This document shows, one piece after another, positions 48,772-57,783 of a stretch of DNA of 64,000 nt (position 1 is its first letter; every line of letters starts with the position of its first letter). The translations under genes and the position numbers were made by a program. The DNA is from Candidatus Latescibacterota bacterium (GTDB taxonomy: Bacteria; Latescibacterota; UBA2968; UBA8231), in contig CBDCSU010000005.1 in assembly GCA_965221775.1 (NCBI GenBank), forward strand, positions 448,001-512,000. The letters run 5' to 3'. The notes beneath the pieces are model-generated. The model saw only the letters and a program-made list of their open reading frames with translations, had not been told where the DNA came from and made no database searches.

Positions 48772-50436
48772 CTACCCCCCCGCCCGCACCCGCGGCCCGT
48801 TCAACAGCCGCCCCAGCCAGGTGTAGCGCACAAGCACCTGGTAGACGACCAGCAGGAAACCGGTAACCGCCACCAGCACGAGGACGAACTTCACCGCCGA
48901 GGGCAGCGGCCAGTCGCGCACGGCGAACTGCGCTCCGATGATCAGCGGCACGTGGGCCAGGTACAACCAGTACGACGAGTCCGACAAGTAGCGGATGATC
49001 CGATTCTCGCGGGCGCATATCCTGCGAAACAGGCCCATGAAGCCGAAGGCCATCATCCAGGGATAGATCGCCTGCAACACCACCGCCTCGGTCCGGGCCG
49101 TCTCCGGCCCGAGAATGCCGTCGCCCAGTCCGAAGGCGCCCGTGGCTGCCCCCAGACCCAGCGGGAAGAGGACCAGGAGTCCCGTCGGGAGCCCCAGCCA
49201 CCACCACTTCCCCACCCGGCCTTCGCGGTCGTCGCAGTCGAAGTAGAGGGCGCCGAAGGCAAAGAACATGGCGTAGTAGAGGAAGACGTGGGGCATGGGC
49301 AGCAGGCCCAGCGAGGTATCCGCCCCGAAACCGGGAATGACCAGTCCCATGAGCGACTGCGGGACCAGGGTCAGGGGGATGAGCCAGAGGAACCGCGCCG
49401 GCGACAGGACCAGCCACTGCGGCGGCTCCGGGCACTTGAGCCAGCCCGTCAGTGCGGTGACGAGGGCGAAGAGAAGCACGAACCAGCAGAGGAACCACAG
49501 GAACCAGAGATGGGAGAAGAGTGGCGCCGAGAAGACGGGAGCCTCCATCGCCTTCACATACCGGAACCCGGGTGACACCTCCTCCGGCCTGGCGGTCTCC
49601 TCGCGATCATCGCCGGAAGCGGATCCTTCGAGCAGTGCGGAGATGTGAAGGCGTCCGGCCTCTACCTGCCCTTCGTCGAACTCGATCTGCAGCAGTCCCG
49701 CCAGGTAGCGGGTGAGGCCCCAGTCCACCTCCAGGGCATCCCGGGGGGTCTCTCCCCTGTGGTTCTTCGCGGCCGGATCCGCCCCGTGCCGAAGCAGCAG
49801 CTCGGCGACTTCGGTCCTTCCCAGGAAGGCGGCCGCGTGCAGCGGCGTTCCGCCGTCCTTGCCGCGGCCATCCACGTCGGCCCCGTTCCCCAGCAGCCCT
49901 TCGGCAACCTCCACCCGGCCGGCCAGGGCCGCCCACACGAGGGGGGTGATTCCGAAGACCGGATCGATCCCCTCCATGTCGGCCCCCTTCGCCAGGTGAC
50001 GCTCCACGGCGGCCGCATCGCCGTCCCTGGCGGCGGTCCAGATGCTGTCCTCGGCGGCGGCCTTCCCGTCCTCGTAGACGGAGGCCATGGCCCAGCCGCT
50101 GACCCAGTTCACCGCGGGAACGATGGTGACAAGCCCGAGCAGGAATGGCAGGAAGACGCGGCGCAGGCGATGGGAGAGGAGCGACCTCAGGCCGCGGCGG
50201 CGCCAGAGCATGGCGGTGAAGAAGCCGCTGAGCAGGAAGAACACGGGCATGCGGAAGCCGTGGATGGCGGCGAACAGCAGGCCGTAGGACTCGCTCTGCC
50301 GGGTATCCTGCACCGGCCAGGGGAAGGGCGCGAAGGAGAGCCCGGCGTGCAGAACGATGCCGAGGAGCATCGCCGCGGCGCGCAGGGCGTCGAGGTCGTG
50401 GCGGCGGGGGTCAGGGGGCGGTGCGGGCGGGGTCAT
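48772..50436 (-). CDS. Acyltransferase family 3 (OpgC/MdoC-like) with inserted ankyrin repeats
   Basis: RRHDLDALRA, IHGFRMPVFF, HLWFLWFL, SYWLYLAH; GITPLVWAA, GGTPLHAAA, GETPRD ankyrin motifs. Confidence 0.92.
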   Translation of the reverse strand: MTPPAPPPDPRRHDLDALRAAAMLLGIVLHAGLSFAPFPWPVQDTRQSESYGLLFAAIHGFRMPVFFLLSGFFTAMLWRRRGLRSLLSHRLRRVFLPFLLGLVTIVPAVNWVSGWAMASVYEDGKAAAEDSIWTAARDGDAAAVERHLAKGADMEGIDPVFGITPLVWAALAGRVEVAEGLLGNGADVDGRGKDGGTPLHAAAFLGRTEVAELLLRHGADPAAKNHRGETPRDALEVDWGLTRYLAGLLQIEFDEGQVEAGRLHISALLEGSASGDDREETARPEEVSPGFRYVKAMEAPVFSAPLFSHLWFLWFLCWFVLLFALVTALTGWLKCPEPPQWLVLSPARFLWLIPLTLVPQSLMGLVIPGFGADTSLGLLPMPHVFLYYAMFFAFGALYFDCDDREGRVGKWWWLGLPTGLLVLFPLGLGAATGAFGLGDGILGPETARTEAVVLQAIYPWMMAFGFMGLFRRICARENRIIRYLSDSSYWLYLAHVPLIIGAQFAVRDWPLPSAVKFVLVLVAVTGFLLVVYQVLVRYTWLGRLLNGPRVRAGG

Positions 50437-50510
50437 CGAGGAACCTTGCAGTCTCCAGTAACGTCCTGTACATCGGGGCCTTGCCGCCCTTTAATCCAGG
50501 AGGACCAGCC

Positions 50511-52064
50511 ATGCATGCAGCAGCCATCCCTGTCGTGAACCGGGCGGTATTGCCGCTGGTGGTACTCCTCGCGGCCGCGGCCACCCCCGGCGGCGCCGCC
50601 GCCACCAGCCACGCTGACACCAGCCACGCCGACACCACCAGCCAGGCGGACACCCCCCCCAGCCACGCGGCCACCCCCGGCCACGCGGACACCGCCGGCT
50701 TCGCGGACACCGGCCAGGGGCCCTTCTCCACCCTCGTCCCCGACGAGGACCCCGACAGCCTCGGCGTGGAACGCGTCGGCGAGATCGTGCTCTTCCTCGC
50801 TCCCCGGGAAGAGGAGGTGCCTTGGGGGACCGACCTCTATCTGGCGGGGGACCACGCGCTGATGGGGGATTTTCGCAGCCGCGTCCATTTCGTCGATATC
50901 TCCGATCCTGCCGACATGCGCAAGGTAGCCGAGGTCCGCACCCCCGGGCCTGCGGTGGACATCAAGATCTCCGGTGATCTGGCGGTGATAGGGGTGCAGG
51001 AGACGAACATCGATATGGATGTGGACTTCGGGTTGCTGATCCTCGACATCTCCGATCCGGCCAATCCCGTCGAGATCTCGCGGCTCGAGGAGCCAGGCTG
51101 GCGAGGCGTCCACAATCTCTTCATCGACCGCGACCGCCTCTATCTGGCTCACATGGACAGCCCGGGCCTGAGCATCGTCGACATATCCGATCCGGCGGCG
51201 CCCGTGGTCTCCGGCTCCTGGCGGCGCGAGAGCGACCTGCTGATCCACGACATCTTCATCCGCGACGGCATCGCCGTCGTCAGCGACTATTTTTTCGGGC
51301 TGATCCTCCTCGACCTCACCGACCCGGACGCACCCGCCCTGTTGGCGGCCCTGCCCTTCCCGGAAGGCATCCACAGCGCCTGGGCCGAGGGGGACTACGT
51401 CTACTGCAACCAGGAGTTCGGCGGCTGGGATCAGCGTCTCCATGTCGTCGATATCGCCGACCCGCGGCAGCCCCGGCTGATCCACTCCTTCGGCATGCAG
51501 CCGCCGCCTCACGGTGAGATCCTCGGCCCGCACAACCCGTGGGTCCGGGACGGGCTGCTGTACTGGGCCTGCTACGACGCGGGGTTGCGGGTCTTCGACC
51601 TGACCGACCCGGCGCGGCCGGTGGAAGCCGGCTACCACACCTATCCGGGCTCCGCCTGGAGCGCCCAGCCCCACGACGACGGCCTGGTCTACGTCGCCGA
51701 CGGCGCGGTGGGCCTCCAGGCCTACCGGATCACCCTCCCGTCGGCGGAGACCGCGGTGGGCCATGAGCGGGTGGATGGCCGGCCTTCTGCCTTCCATCTG
51801 GCGCAGAACTACCCCAATCCCTTCAACCAGTCGACGGTGATCCGCATCGGCCTGGACACCGCGGCCGACATGGAGCTGACCGTGTTCAACATGAGCGGAC
51901 AGCGGGTCGCGACCCTGGCCCGGGGGCCCCATCCGGCGGGAACCCATTCCTTCGTCTGGGATGGACGCGACCACCGCGGGTCGGAGATGGCTTCGGGCGT
52001 CTACGCCTTCCGGCTCCGGGCCGGCGGACGGGAGCAGACCCGCAAGCTGCTGCTCCTGCGCTGA
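50511..52064 (+). CDS. Secreted LVIVD-repeat protein with C-terminal FlgD-Ig / T9SS type A-like domain
   Basis: Signal peptide; repeated L.I.DISDP..P; LAQNYPNPFN...WDGRD..G..MASGVY...TRKLLLLR; ATG 50511 after AGGAGG. Confidence 0.88.
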   Translation: MHAAAIPVVNRAVLPLVVLLAAAATPGGAAATSHADTSHADTTSQADTPPSHAATPGHADTAGFADTGQGPFSTLVPDEDPDSLGVERVGEIVLFLAPREEEVPWGTDLYLAGDHALMGDFRSRVHFVDISDPADMRKVAEVRTPGPAVDIKISGDLAVIGVQETNIDMDVDFGLLILDISDPANPVEISRLEEPGWRGVHNLFIDRDRLYLAHMDSPGLSIVDISDPAAPVVSGSWRRESDLLIHDIFIRDGIAVVSDYFFGLILLDLTDPDAPALLAALPFPEGIHSAWAEGDYVYCNQEFGGWDQRLHVVDIADPRQPRLIHSFGMQPPPHGEILGPHNPWVRDGLLYWACYDAGLRVFDLTDPARPVEAGYHTYPGSAWSAQPHDDGLVYVADGAVGLQAYRITLPSAETAVGHERVDGRPSAFHLAQNYPNPFNQSTVIRIGLDTAADMELTVFNMSGQRVATLARGPHPAGTHSFVWDGRDHRGSEMASGVYAFRLRAGGREQTRKLLLLR

Positions 52065-52093
52065 AGGACCGCCGCTCCCCCGGCCGGCCCTCG

Positions 52094-53263
52094 TCATCCG
52101 GACGGACCGCGGACGCCGGTCCGGGTCTCCTCCACCACCAGGTCGACCACCGCCCGCAGGGCTTCCTCGTGCGAGTCTCCCTCCAGGCGGCGCAGCCGGA
52201 AGTGGTCGATCTGCCGGTCGGCGCCGGCGCCGGTGCGCACCAGGTGCAGGGCGTGGGCCAGCTCGGCCTCGCAGTCGAGAGCCCCGGCCTCCTCGGCCAG
52301 GTCCTCGACGAGGGCGGCGGCGTGCTCCTCGATGTCCATGCGCCCGGCCCCCGAGGTGTTGCCCAGGAAGGCGAGGACGCCGTAGCGCTGCGCCAGCCAG
52401 CAGTTCTCGGCGATCAGCTCCGTGGGCGGCTCCGGCGGCAGGCCGTCCTCCCGGTCCTGGCGCAGCAGGCGCCGCACGAGGCAGGCGTACAGAGCCACGA
52501 CGCTCATGGCGTCGTCGATCGTCTGGCAGACGTCGCACACGCGCAGTTCCACCGTGGGATAGCTCCGGGAGGGGCGGATGTCCCACCACAGCTCGCCGGC
52601 GTCCTCGATGAAGTCCATGCGGCGGTAGTGGGCCACGAGGCGGTCGAACTCGGACCACGAGCCGAGGGGGCCCGGCAGGCCGGTGCGCGGCAGGCTGCCG
52701 AAGATGGTCAGCCGGTAGGACTTGAAGCCGGTCTCGCGGCCGCTGCTGAAGGGCGAGGAGGCGGAGAGGGCGTGGAGCAGCGGCAGGTGGCGCCGCAGGG
52801 CGGTCATGACCCGCACGCGGCTGTCCGGGTCGCCGAATCCGGCGTGGACGTGCATGCCGCCCACGAGCAGCTCGCGGACCGCCTGCTGGTAGGTCATGGC
52901 GAACTGCTCGTAGCGCTGGCCGGCGGTGACGACCTGGCGGTCCCAGGCGGCGAAGGGATGGGTGGAGGCGGCCAGGACCGCGGCGCCGTGGCGCGCCGCC
53001 GCGTCGAGGACCAGGCGGCGGGTCTCGTCGAGGGCGGTGCGGATCTCGGCCACCGACCCGCAGACCCGGGTGGTGGTCTCGATCTGGGAGCGGAGGAACT
53101 CGGCCACCACCTTGTGGGGGCCGCTCTCCTCCTGGCAGGCTTCGAAGATGCCGCGCTCCGGGTCCGGCAGAAGGTCGCGGGTGCGGGGGTCGACGAGGAA
53201 GAACTCCTCCTCGACCCCGAGCTCTATTTCGAGGCTGTCTCCCATGCCGGATTTCGTGGCCAT
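52094..53263 (-). CDS. Carboxylate-amine ligase (YbdK / glutamate-cysteine ligase family 2)
   Basis: LGVEEEFFLVD, GMHVHAG, LSASSPF, WWDIRPS..YPTVELRVCD; start may be 53245. Confidence 0.93.
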   Translation of the reverse strand: MATKSGMGDSLEIELGVEEEFFLVDPRTRDLLPDPERGIFEACQEESGPHKVVAEFLRSQIETTTRVCGSVAEIRTALDETRRLVLDAAARHGAAVLAASTHPFAAWDRQVVTAGQRYEQFAMTYQQAVRELLVGGMHVHAGFGDPDSRVRVMTALRRHLPLLHALSASSPFSSGRETGFKSYRLTIFGSLPRTGLPGPLGSWSEFDRLVAHYRRMDFIEDAGELWWDIRPSRSYPTVELRVCDVCQTIDDAMSVVALYACLVRRLLRQDREDGLPPEPPTELIAENCWLAQRYGVLAFLGNTSGAGRMDIEEHAAALVEDLAEEAGALDCEAELAHALHLVRTGAGADRQIDHFRLRRLEGDSHEEALRAVVDLVVEETRTGVRGPSG

Positions 53264-53381
53264 GCGGGACTAGATGGAGCTTCGATCGCCCGCGGTCAAA
53301 TGGGCCCCGGCGGCGGTTCGGGCCGGGGCGCGCGGGACAGCCGCGGGCCTCCTCCCGGACGATCCTGGATCCTGTCGCCGC

Positions 53382-54368
53382 TCATCCGGCCAGCCCGCGC
53401 AGAAAGCCCACGGAGGCCTCGAACTGCTGCATCTCCCAGGCGGCGCAGAGCCCGGGCGGCTGCCCGCGCTCGTGGGGGGTGCGCCACTCTTCGGCCGCCG
53501 GCCTCGCCGCCCGGTGCAGGTCGCCGAGGGCCTCCACCGCCCCGGGCAGGAACGGGCGCTCGGGCCAGGTCTCCCACCAGTCCGGCTCCAGCAGGCGGAC
53601 GTGCCGCGCCGTGGTGGCCCCCAGCTCGATGCACCCCTGCACCCCGGGAGACTCGGCCTCGAACCAGGCCAGCATCGCCGCCCAGTCGACGAGGCCGTCG
53701 CCGAGGGCGCAGCGGACGAGGCGGTACCCCGACTCGGTGGAGTGGACCCGGTAGTCCTTGAGGTGCACGTGCTTGAGGAAGGGCCGCACGCCGCGGGCGA
53801 AGGCGAGGCAGGTCTCGCCGGCGGCGCAGGCGTTGCCCACGTCCATGGTCACCCCCAGGCGCTCGCTGTCCACTTGCCCGCAGAGCGCCGCCAGCTCCGC
53901 CGAGCACAGGTCCTGGTGGTTCTCGATGCCGATCTCCACGCCGACCCTCTCGGCGTGGGCCGAGGCTCGCTTCAGGGGTTCCACGAGAGCCTCGAGGAAG
54001 GCCTGGCAGCCCTGGCGGCCGAGGGCGCGGCGGTCGCCCTCGAGGAGGCGGGTCAGGGTCGTCCGGACCACCGGCGCCCCCAGCTCGGCGGCCAGGTCGA
54101 GGGTCCGCGTCAGGGGCGAGAGGTCCGCGGCGTAGGCGTCGCTGCCGGTGTCGAGGAAGAGGGCGAGTCCGTCGGCCTCCAGGCGATGGCGCAGGGCCGT
54201 GCGCCCGGCGGGGGAGATGCCGTCGAACCAGTCCGGGGGGCCCTCGACGCCGGCCAGGCCGTGGCCGCCGGCCAGCTCCATCAGCCCCTCCAGGCTCCGC
54301 GGGTCGAGCCCCCGCCCCGCCCGCGGGTGCAGGCCGGAGAAGCTCCATGCGCTCAGGCCGACCTGCAC
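53382..54368 (-). CDS. Sugar phosphate isomerase/epimerase (TIM barrel)
   Basis: IGIENHQD, MDVGN, HVHLKDY, ALGDGLVD. Confidence 0.85.
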   Translation of the reverse strand: MQVGLSAWSFSGLHPRAGRGLDPRSLEGLMELAGGHGLAGVEGPPDWFDGISPAGRTALRHRLEADGLALFLDTGSDAYAADLSPLTRTLDLAAELGAPVVRTTLTRLLEGDRRALGRQGCQAFLEALVEPLKRASAHAERVGVEIGIENHQDLCSAELAALCGQVDSERLGVTMDVGNACAAGETCLAFARGVRPFLKHVHLKDYRVHSTESGYRLVRCALGDGLVDWAAMLAWFEAESPGVQGCIELGATTARHVRLLEPDWWETWPERPFLPGAVEALGDLHRAARPAAEEWRTPHERGQPPGLCAAWEMQQFEASVGFLRGLAG

Positions 54369-54381
54369 ACCGCCCCTCCGG

Positions 54382-55641
54382 TCAGCCCAGCTCCTCGGGG
54401 CGCTGCTCCACTTCGACGCCGGTGGCCAGGTCGCGCACCTTCACCAGGCCGCGCGCCCACTCCTCCGGCGCCAGCAGCACCAGCCGCGCGGCGCCGGCCG
54501 CGTCGGCGTGGCGGAAGGCCCACTTCATGCGCCGGTCCTCCAGGACCAGGTCGACGGAGCGACCGGCGCGGCGCAGGCGGGCGGCCACCTCCATGGCCGG
54601 GCCGCGCAGGTCTCCGGCAAAGGCGAAGACCACGTCGTCGACCTGGGCGGGCAGTTCCGGCAGCCGCTCCAGGTCCTTGAGCAGCTCGATGACGACGGCG
54701 TCGCCGAAGCCGAAGCCGCAGGCCGGCACGTCCCGCCCCCCGAAGGCCGACAGCAGCCGGTCGTAGCGGCCGCCGCCGCAGAGGGCGCGCAGCTCCCCCG
54801 CCGCCGCGAAGGCCTCGAAGACGACGCCCGTGTAGTACGCCAGGCCGCGCACCAGGGATGGGTCGAAGCGCAGCCAGCCGTCGTACCCGTAGGCGGCGGC
54901 CAGCTGGAAGAGGCGCTCGAGTTCGTCCAGGCCCCTGGCGTCGCCGCCCAGGCCCCGGGCCTCCTCCAGGGAGCCGCAGGAGGCGAACTCGAGGGCGCGG
55001 TCGACGACGGCGGCCTCGATGCCGAGGCGGTCCAGCTCCTCCTCCACCGCCTCGCGGGGGACCTTCTCCAGCTTGTCCAGGAGCACGCAGACCGGTCCGA
55101 AGAGGTCCTCGCCCACGCCCCCGGCCTCGAGGAGGCCCTGCAGCAGGCGCCGGTTGGAGACGCGCACCTCCACCTCCCCCGCCTCGATCCCGAGATCCTC
55201 GAAGAGGGCCACGGCGGCGGCCAGCAGCTCGGCCTCGGCGGTGACCTCGGCGACGCCGAAGACGTCCATGTTCCACTGGAAGTGCTCGCGCCGGCGGCCC
55301 CGGGTCATGCGCTCGTAGCGCCAGCACTGGGGAACGCTGAACCACTTGATCGGCAGGCCGAGGGCGCCCCCCTTGTGCAGCACCATGCGCGCCAGGGAGG
55401 GCGTCATCTCCGGCCGCAGGGCCAGGTCGCGGCCGGACTTGTCCTGGAAGGCGTAGATCTGGTCGACGATCTCCTCGCCGGCCTTGCGCACGTAGAGGTC
55501 GGCGGACTCGACCACGGGGGCGTCGTACTCCTCGAAGCCAAAGCGCCGCGCCGCCTCGCGGAAGCGGCCGTGGAGCCAGGTGCGCAGGCGCATCTCGGCG
55601 GGGTAGAAGTCGCGGGTGCCGCGCGGTGGCGAGAGGTTCAT
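54382..55641 (-). CDS. hisS: Histidine--tRNA ligase
   Basis: PRGTRDFYP, LRPEMTPS, WRYER...GRRREHFQW, VRGLAYYTG, GGGRYD, GFGFGD. Confidence 0.96.
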   Translation of the reverse strand: MNLSPPRGTRDFYPAEMRLRTWLHGRFREAARRFGFEEYDAPVVESADLYVRKAGEEIVDQIYAFQDKSGRDLALRPEMTPSLARMVLHKGGALGLPIKWFSVPQCWRYERMTRGRRREHFQWNMDVFGVAEVTAEAELLAAAVALFEDLGIEAGEVEVRVSNRRLLQGLLEAGGVGEDLFGPVCVLLDKLEKVPREAVEEELDRLGIEAAVVDRALEFASCGSLEEARGLGGDARGLDELERLFQLAAAYGYDGWLRFDPSLVRGLAYYTGVVFEAFAAAGELRALCGGGRYDRLLSAFGGRDVPACGFGFGDAVVIELLKDLERLPELPAQVDDVVFAFAGDLRGPAMEVAARLRRAGRSVDLVLEDRRMKWAFRHADAAGAARLVLLAPEEWARGLVKVRDLATGVEVEQRPEELG

Positions 55642-55708
55642 GCGGAGAAGGGTCGGAGCCGGACGCGACGGTGGCAAGCGGCGGCCGGGAGAGGCCCCGG
55701 GGGGCCGG

Positions 55709-56260
55709 TCAGGAGAACAGGTCGGAGATCGGCAGCACCCAACCCGGCACGACGTCGCCGCCCTCCAGGGACTCGCCCTCGACGAGGACGCGGATGTCGC
55801 CGCGCGACCGGTAGCAGGTCACCGTACGGGTCCGCGGAAGGACGACGAGGACCAGGCGGCAACCGGCGTCGAGCCAGTCGAAGACCTTCTCCTCCACTTC
55901 GGCGTGGGTGTCGCCGGGGGAGACGACCTCGGCCGCCAGATCCGGCGCCCCCGACCGGAAGCCCTCGATCCGGCCGGTGGCCGAGACCCGCTCGCGGCGC
56001 ACGAAGGCCACGTCCGGAGCCCGGACCGTGTCGGGATCGGTGGCGAGCCGGAATCCGGTCTCGGCGGCGTAGACCCGCCCGAGGCCGTGGGCTCTCACGT
56101 GGGCGAAGAGCAGCCCGCCGAGGGTAGCGGCGATCTCGCCGTGGGCGTCGCCGGCGGGCGTCCTTCTCCTCAGCTCTCCTGCCACGAGCTCGTAGCGGAA
56201 GCCGTCGTCCGGCATCTCCAGGAGCTCGTCGGCGGTGATCGGGCGGTCGAGGGTGGTCAT
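55709..56260 (-). CDS. Uma2 family putative endonuclease
   Basis: RYELVAGEL, VRAPDVAFV, PDLAAEVVSP, VVPGW.LP. Confidence 0.93.
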   Translation of the reverse strand: MTTLDRPITADELLEMPDDGFRYELVAGELRRRTPAGDAHGEIAATLGGLLFAHVRAHGLGRVYAAETGFRLATDPDTVRAPDVAFVRRERVSATGRIEGFRSGAPDLAAEVVSPGDTHAEVEEKVFDWLDAGCRLVLVVLPRTRTVTCYRSRGDIRVLVEGESLEGGDVVPGWVLPISDLFS

Positions 56261-56332
56261 GGGTCCTCTGCTCGGAGAGTCAATATACGACAGGAGCCGG
56301 GAGGGGAATCACCGGATGCCCGGCCGGGGCCG

Positions 56333-57202
56333 TCACGGTCCCGCGCCGCGGTCGACCAACTCGCCGAGGACGACGGCGGCTAGGCCTAAGGCCATCCCCG
56401 GCAGCAGCCGGCGGCTCGGCCTCACCGCGGACGGACTGCCGCGCCAGAGATCGAGGCAGGTCCGCGCCAGGAGCAAGTCGAGGAGGGCCACCGGCGCCAG
56501 GTAGCCCCAGCCGTAGATCCCCAGGAACGCCGGCAGCGGCGCGGCCAGGGCCGTGACGGCGAGGACAGCCGCGGCCACGCGCTCCGCCGCGCGCTTCCCG
56601 CGGAGGCTGGCCAGGGTGCGCGTTCCGTGCCTCCGGTCCCCCTCCAGGTCCTCGGCGCCCTTGAGGATCTCGCGCCCCAGGTGGTAGACCAGGGCGAAGG
56701 CCGCCGGGACCCACCAGCGGCCGCCGCCGCCGGCGGCGACGGCGCCGTACGGGAAGGTGGCCGCCGCCAGCACGCTGACCAGGAGGTTGCCCGGCAGCCC
56801 CAGGCGCTTCCACCACCAGTTGTAGAGGGCCAGCCCCGCGGCGACGGCGAAGGCGATCGCCCCGGGCGCCAGGCCGACGACGAAGGCGGTCCCGAGGCCG
56901 GCGGTCCCGAGGGCCGCGGACAGCACCAGGGCCGCCGCGGGGGAGAGGCGGCCCGAGGGCAGCGGACGGTCCGGGCGGTTGACGCGGTCGGCGGGCAGGT
57001 CGAGCACATCGTTGAGGCCGTTGCCGGCGGCGGCCACGGCGGCGGCGGCCACGGCGGCGGCGGCGACTCCGGCGGTCGCGTGGGGATGGCCCGAGGCGAG
57101 GGCCCCGACCCACACCGAGACCGCGGTGAGAGCGCAGTTCGGGGGCCTCGCGAGGGCGGCGGCGGCCGCGGCCCGGACCCTCGGGCGGGAGAGCGCCCTC
57201 AC
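56333..57202 (-). CDS. UbiA prenyltransferase, DGGGP synthase-like
   Basis: LARPPN, GNGLNDVLDLPADRVNRPDRPLPSGR, REILKGAEDLEGDR..G.RT. Confidence 0.88.
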   Translation of the reverse strand: MRALSRPRVRAAAAAALARPPNCALTAVSVWVGALASGHPHATAGVAAAAVAAAAVAAAGNGLNDVLDLPADRVNRPDRPLPSGRLSPAAALVLSAALGTAGLGTAFVVGLAPGAIAFAVAAGLALYNWWWKRLGLPGNLLVSVLAAATFPYGAVAAGGGGRWWVPAAFALVYHLGREILKGAEDLEGDRRHGTRTLASLRGKRAAERVAAAVLAVTALAAPLPAFLGIYGWGYLAPVALLDLLLARTCLDLWRGSPSAVRPSRRLLPGMALGLAAVVLGELVDRGAGP

Positions 57203-57293
57203 GCCCCGGAGCCCTCCTCCGGCCAGGCCCTGCCGAAGCGGGTGTTTCTTGAGCTAACCCCTTGAAAAAAAAGGCGCTTCTCCAAGATTTCGC

Positions 57294-57323
57294 TTGACAT
57301 GGCCGCCGGGGCCGGAGTATGTT
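57294..57323 (+). promoter_or_regulatory. Sigma70-type promoter of the HU/IHF gene
   Basis: TTGACA (57294-57299), 18-nt spacer, TATGTT (57318-57323); A8 tract upstream; AT-rich leader. Confidence 0.75.
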
Positions 57324-57417
57324 GTGCAACCACTTTATTACCAATAACTAAGGTCATATTTCGCCACCCGGTCTGCGCTTCCCGATGACAACCCCCCCGC
57401 CCAGGAGTTGCGGCCCC

Positions 57418-57771
57418 TTGTCCACCATCACCAAGAAGGACCTGGCGCTTCTCGTCAGCCAGAACACGGGCTGCAAGAAGAACCTGGCCGCCAAGATGGT
57501 GGACAGCCTTTTCGTCGCCATGCGCGACAGCCTGATCGAGGGCAACCGCATCGAGATTCGGGGGTTCGGCGTCTTCCAGGTCAAGGACACCCGCCCCAAG
57601 CCGGCGGCCCGCAACCCCCGCACGGGCGAGATCATCTACGTCCCCGCCCGCCGCAAGACGCACTTCAAGCCCGGCCGCCTCCTCAAGGAGGCCCTGCACC
57701 GGGCCCGGGACCCCGGCGGGACCTTCGCTCTCCCCCTCCACCTCGACGACGAAGACGACGACGAGCCGTAG
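57418..57771 (+). CDS. HU/IHF family DNA-binding protein
   Basis: ITKKDL, RIEIRGFGVF, ARNPRTGE, HFKPG; TTG start after AGGAG; acidic tail. Confidence 0.95.
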   Translation: MSTITKKDLALLVSQNTGCKKNLAAKMVDSLFVAMRDSLIEGNRIEIRGFGVFQVKDTRPKPAARNPRTGEIIYVPARRKTHFKPGRLLKEALHRARDPGGTFALPLHLDDEDDDEP

Positions 57772-57783
57772 CGCCGCCGCCCG

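Noticed and set aside
55709-56260. Uma2 endonuclease as a defence system
   Set aside because: Solitary member of a commonly expanded family, lying between housekeeping genes with no partner.
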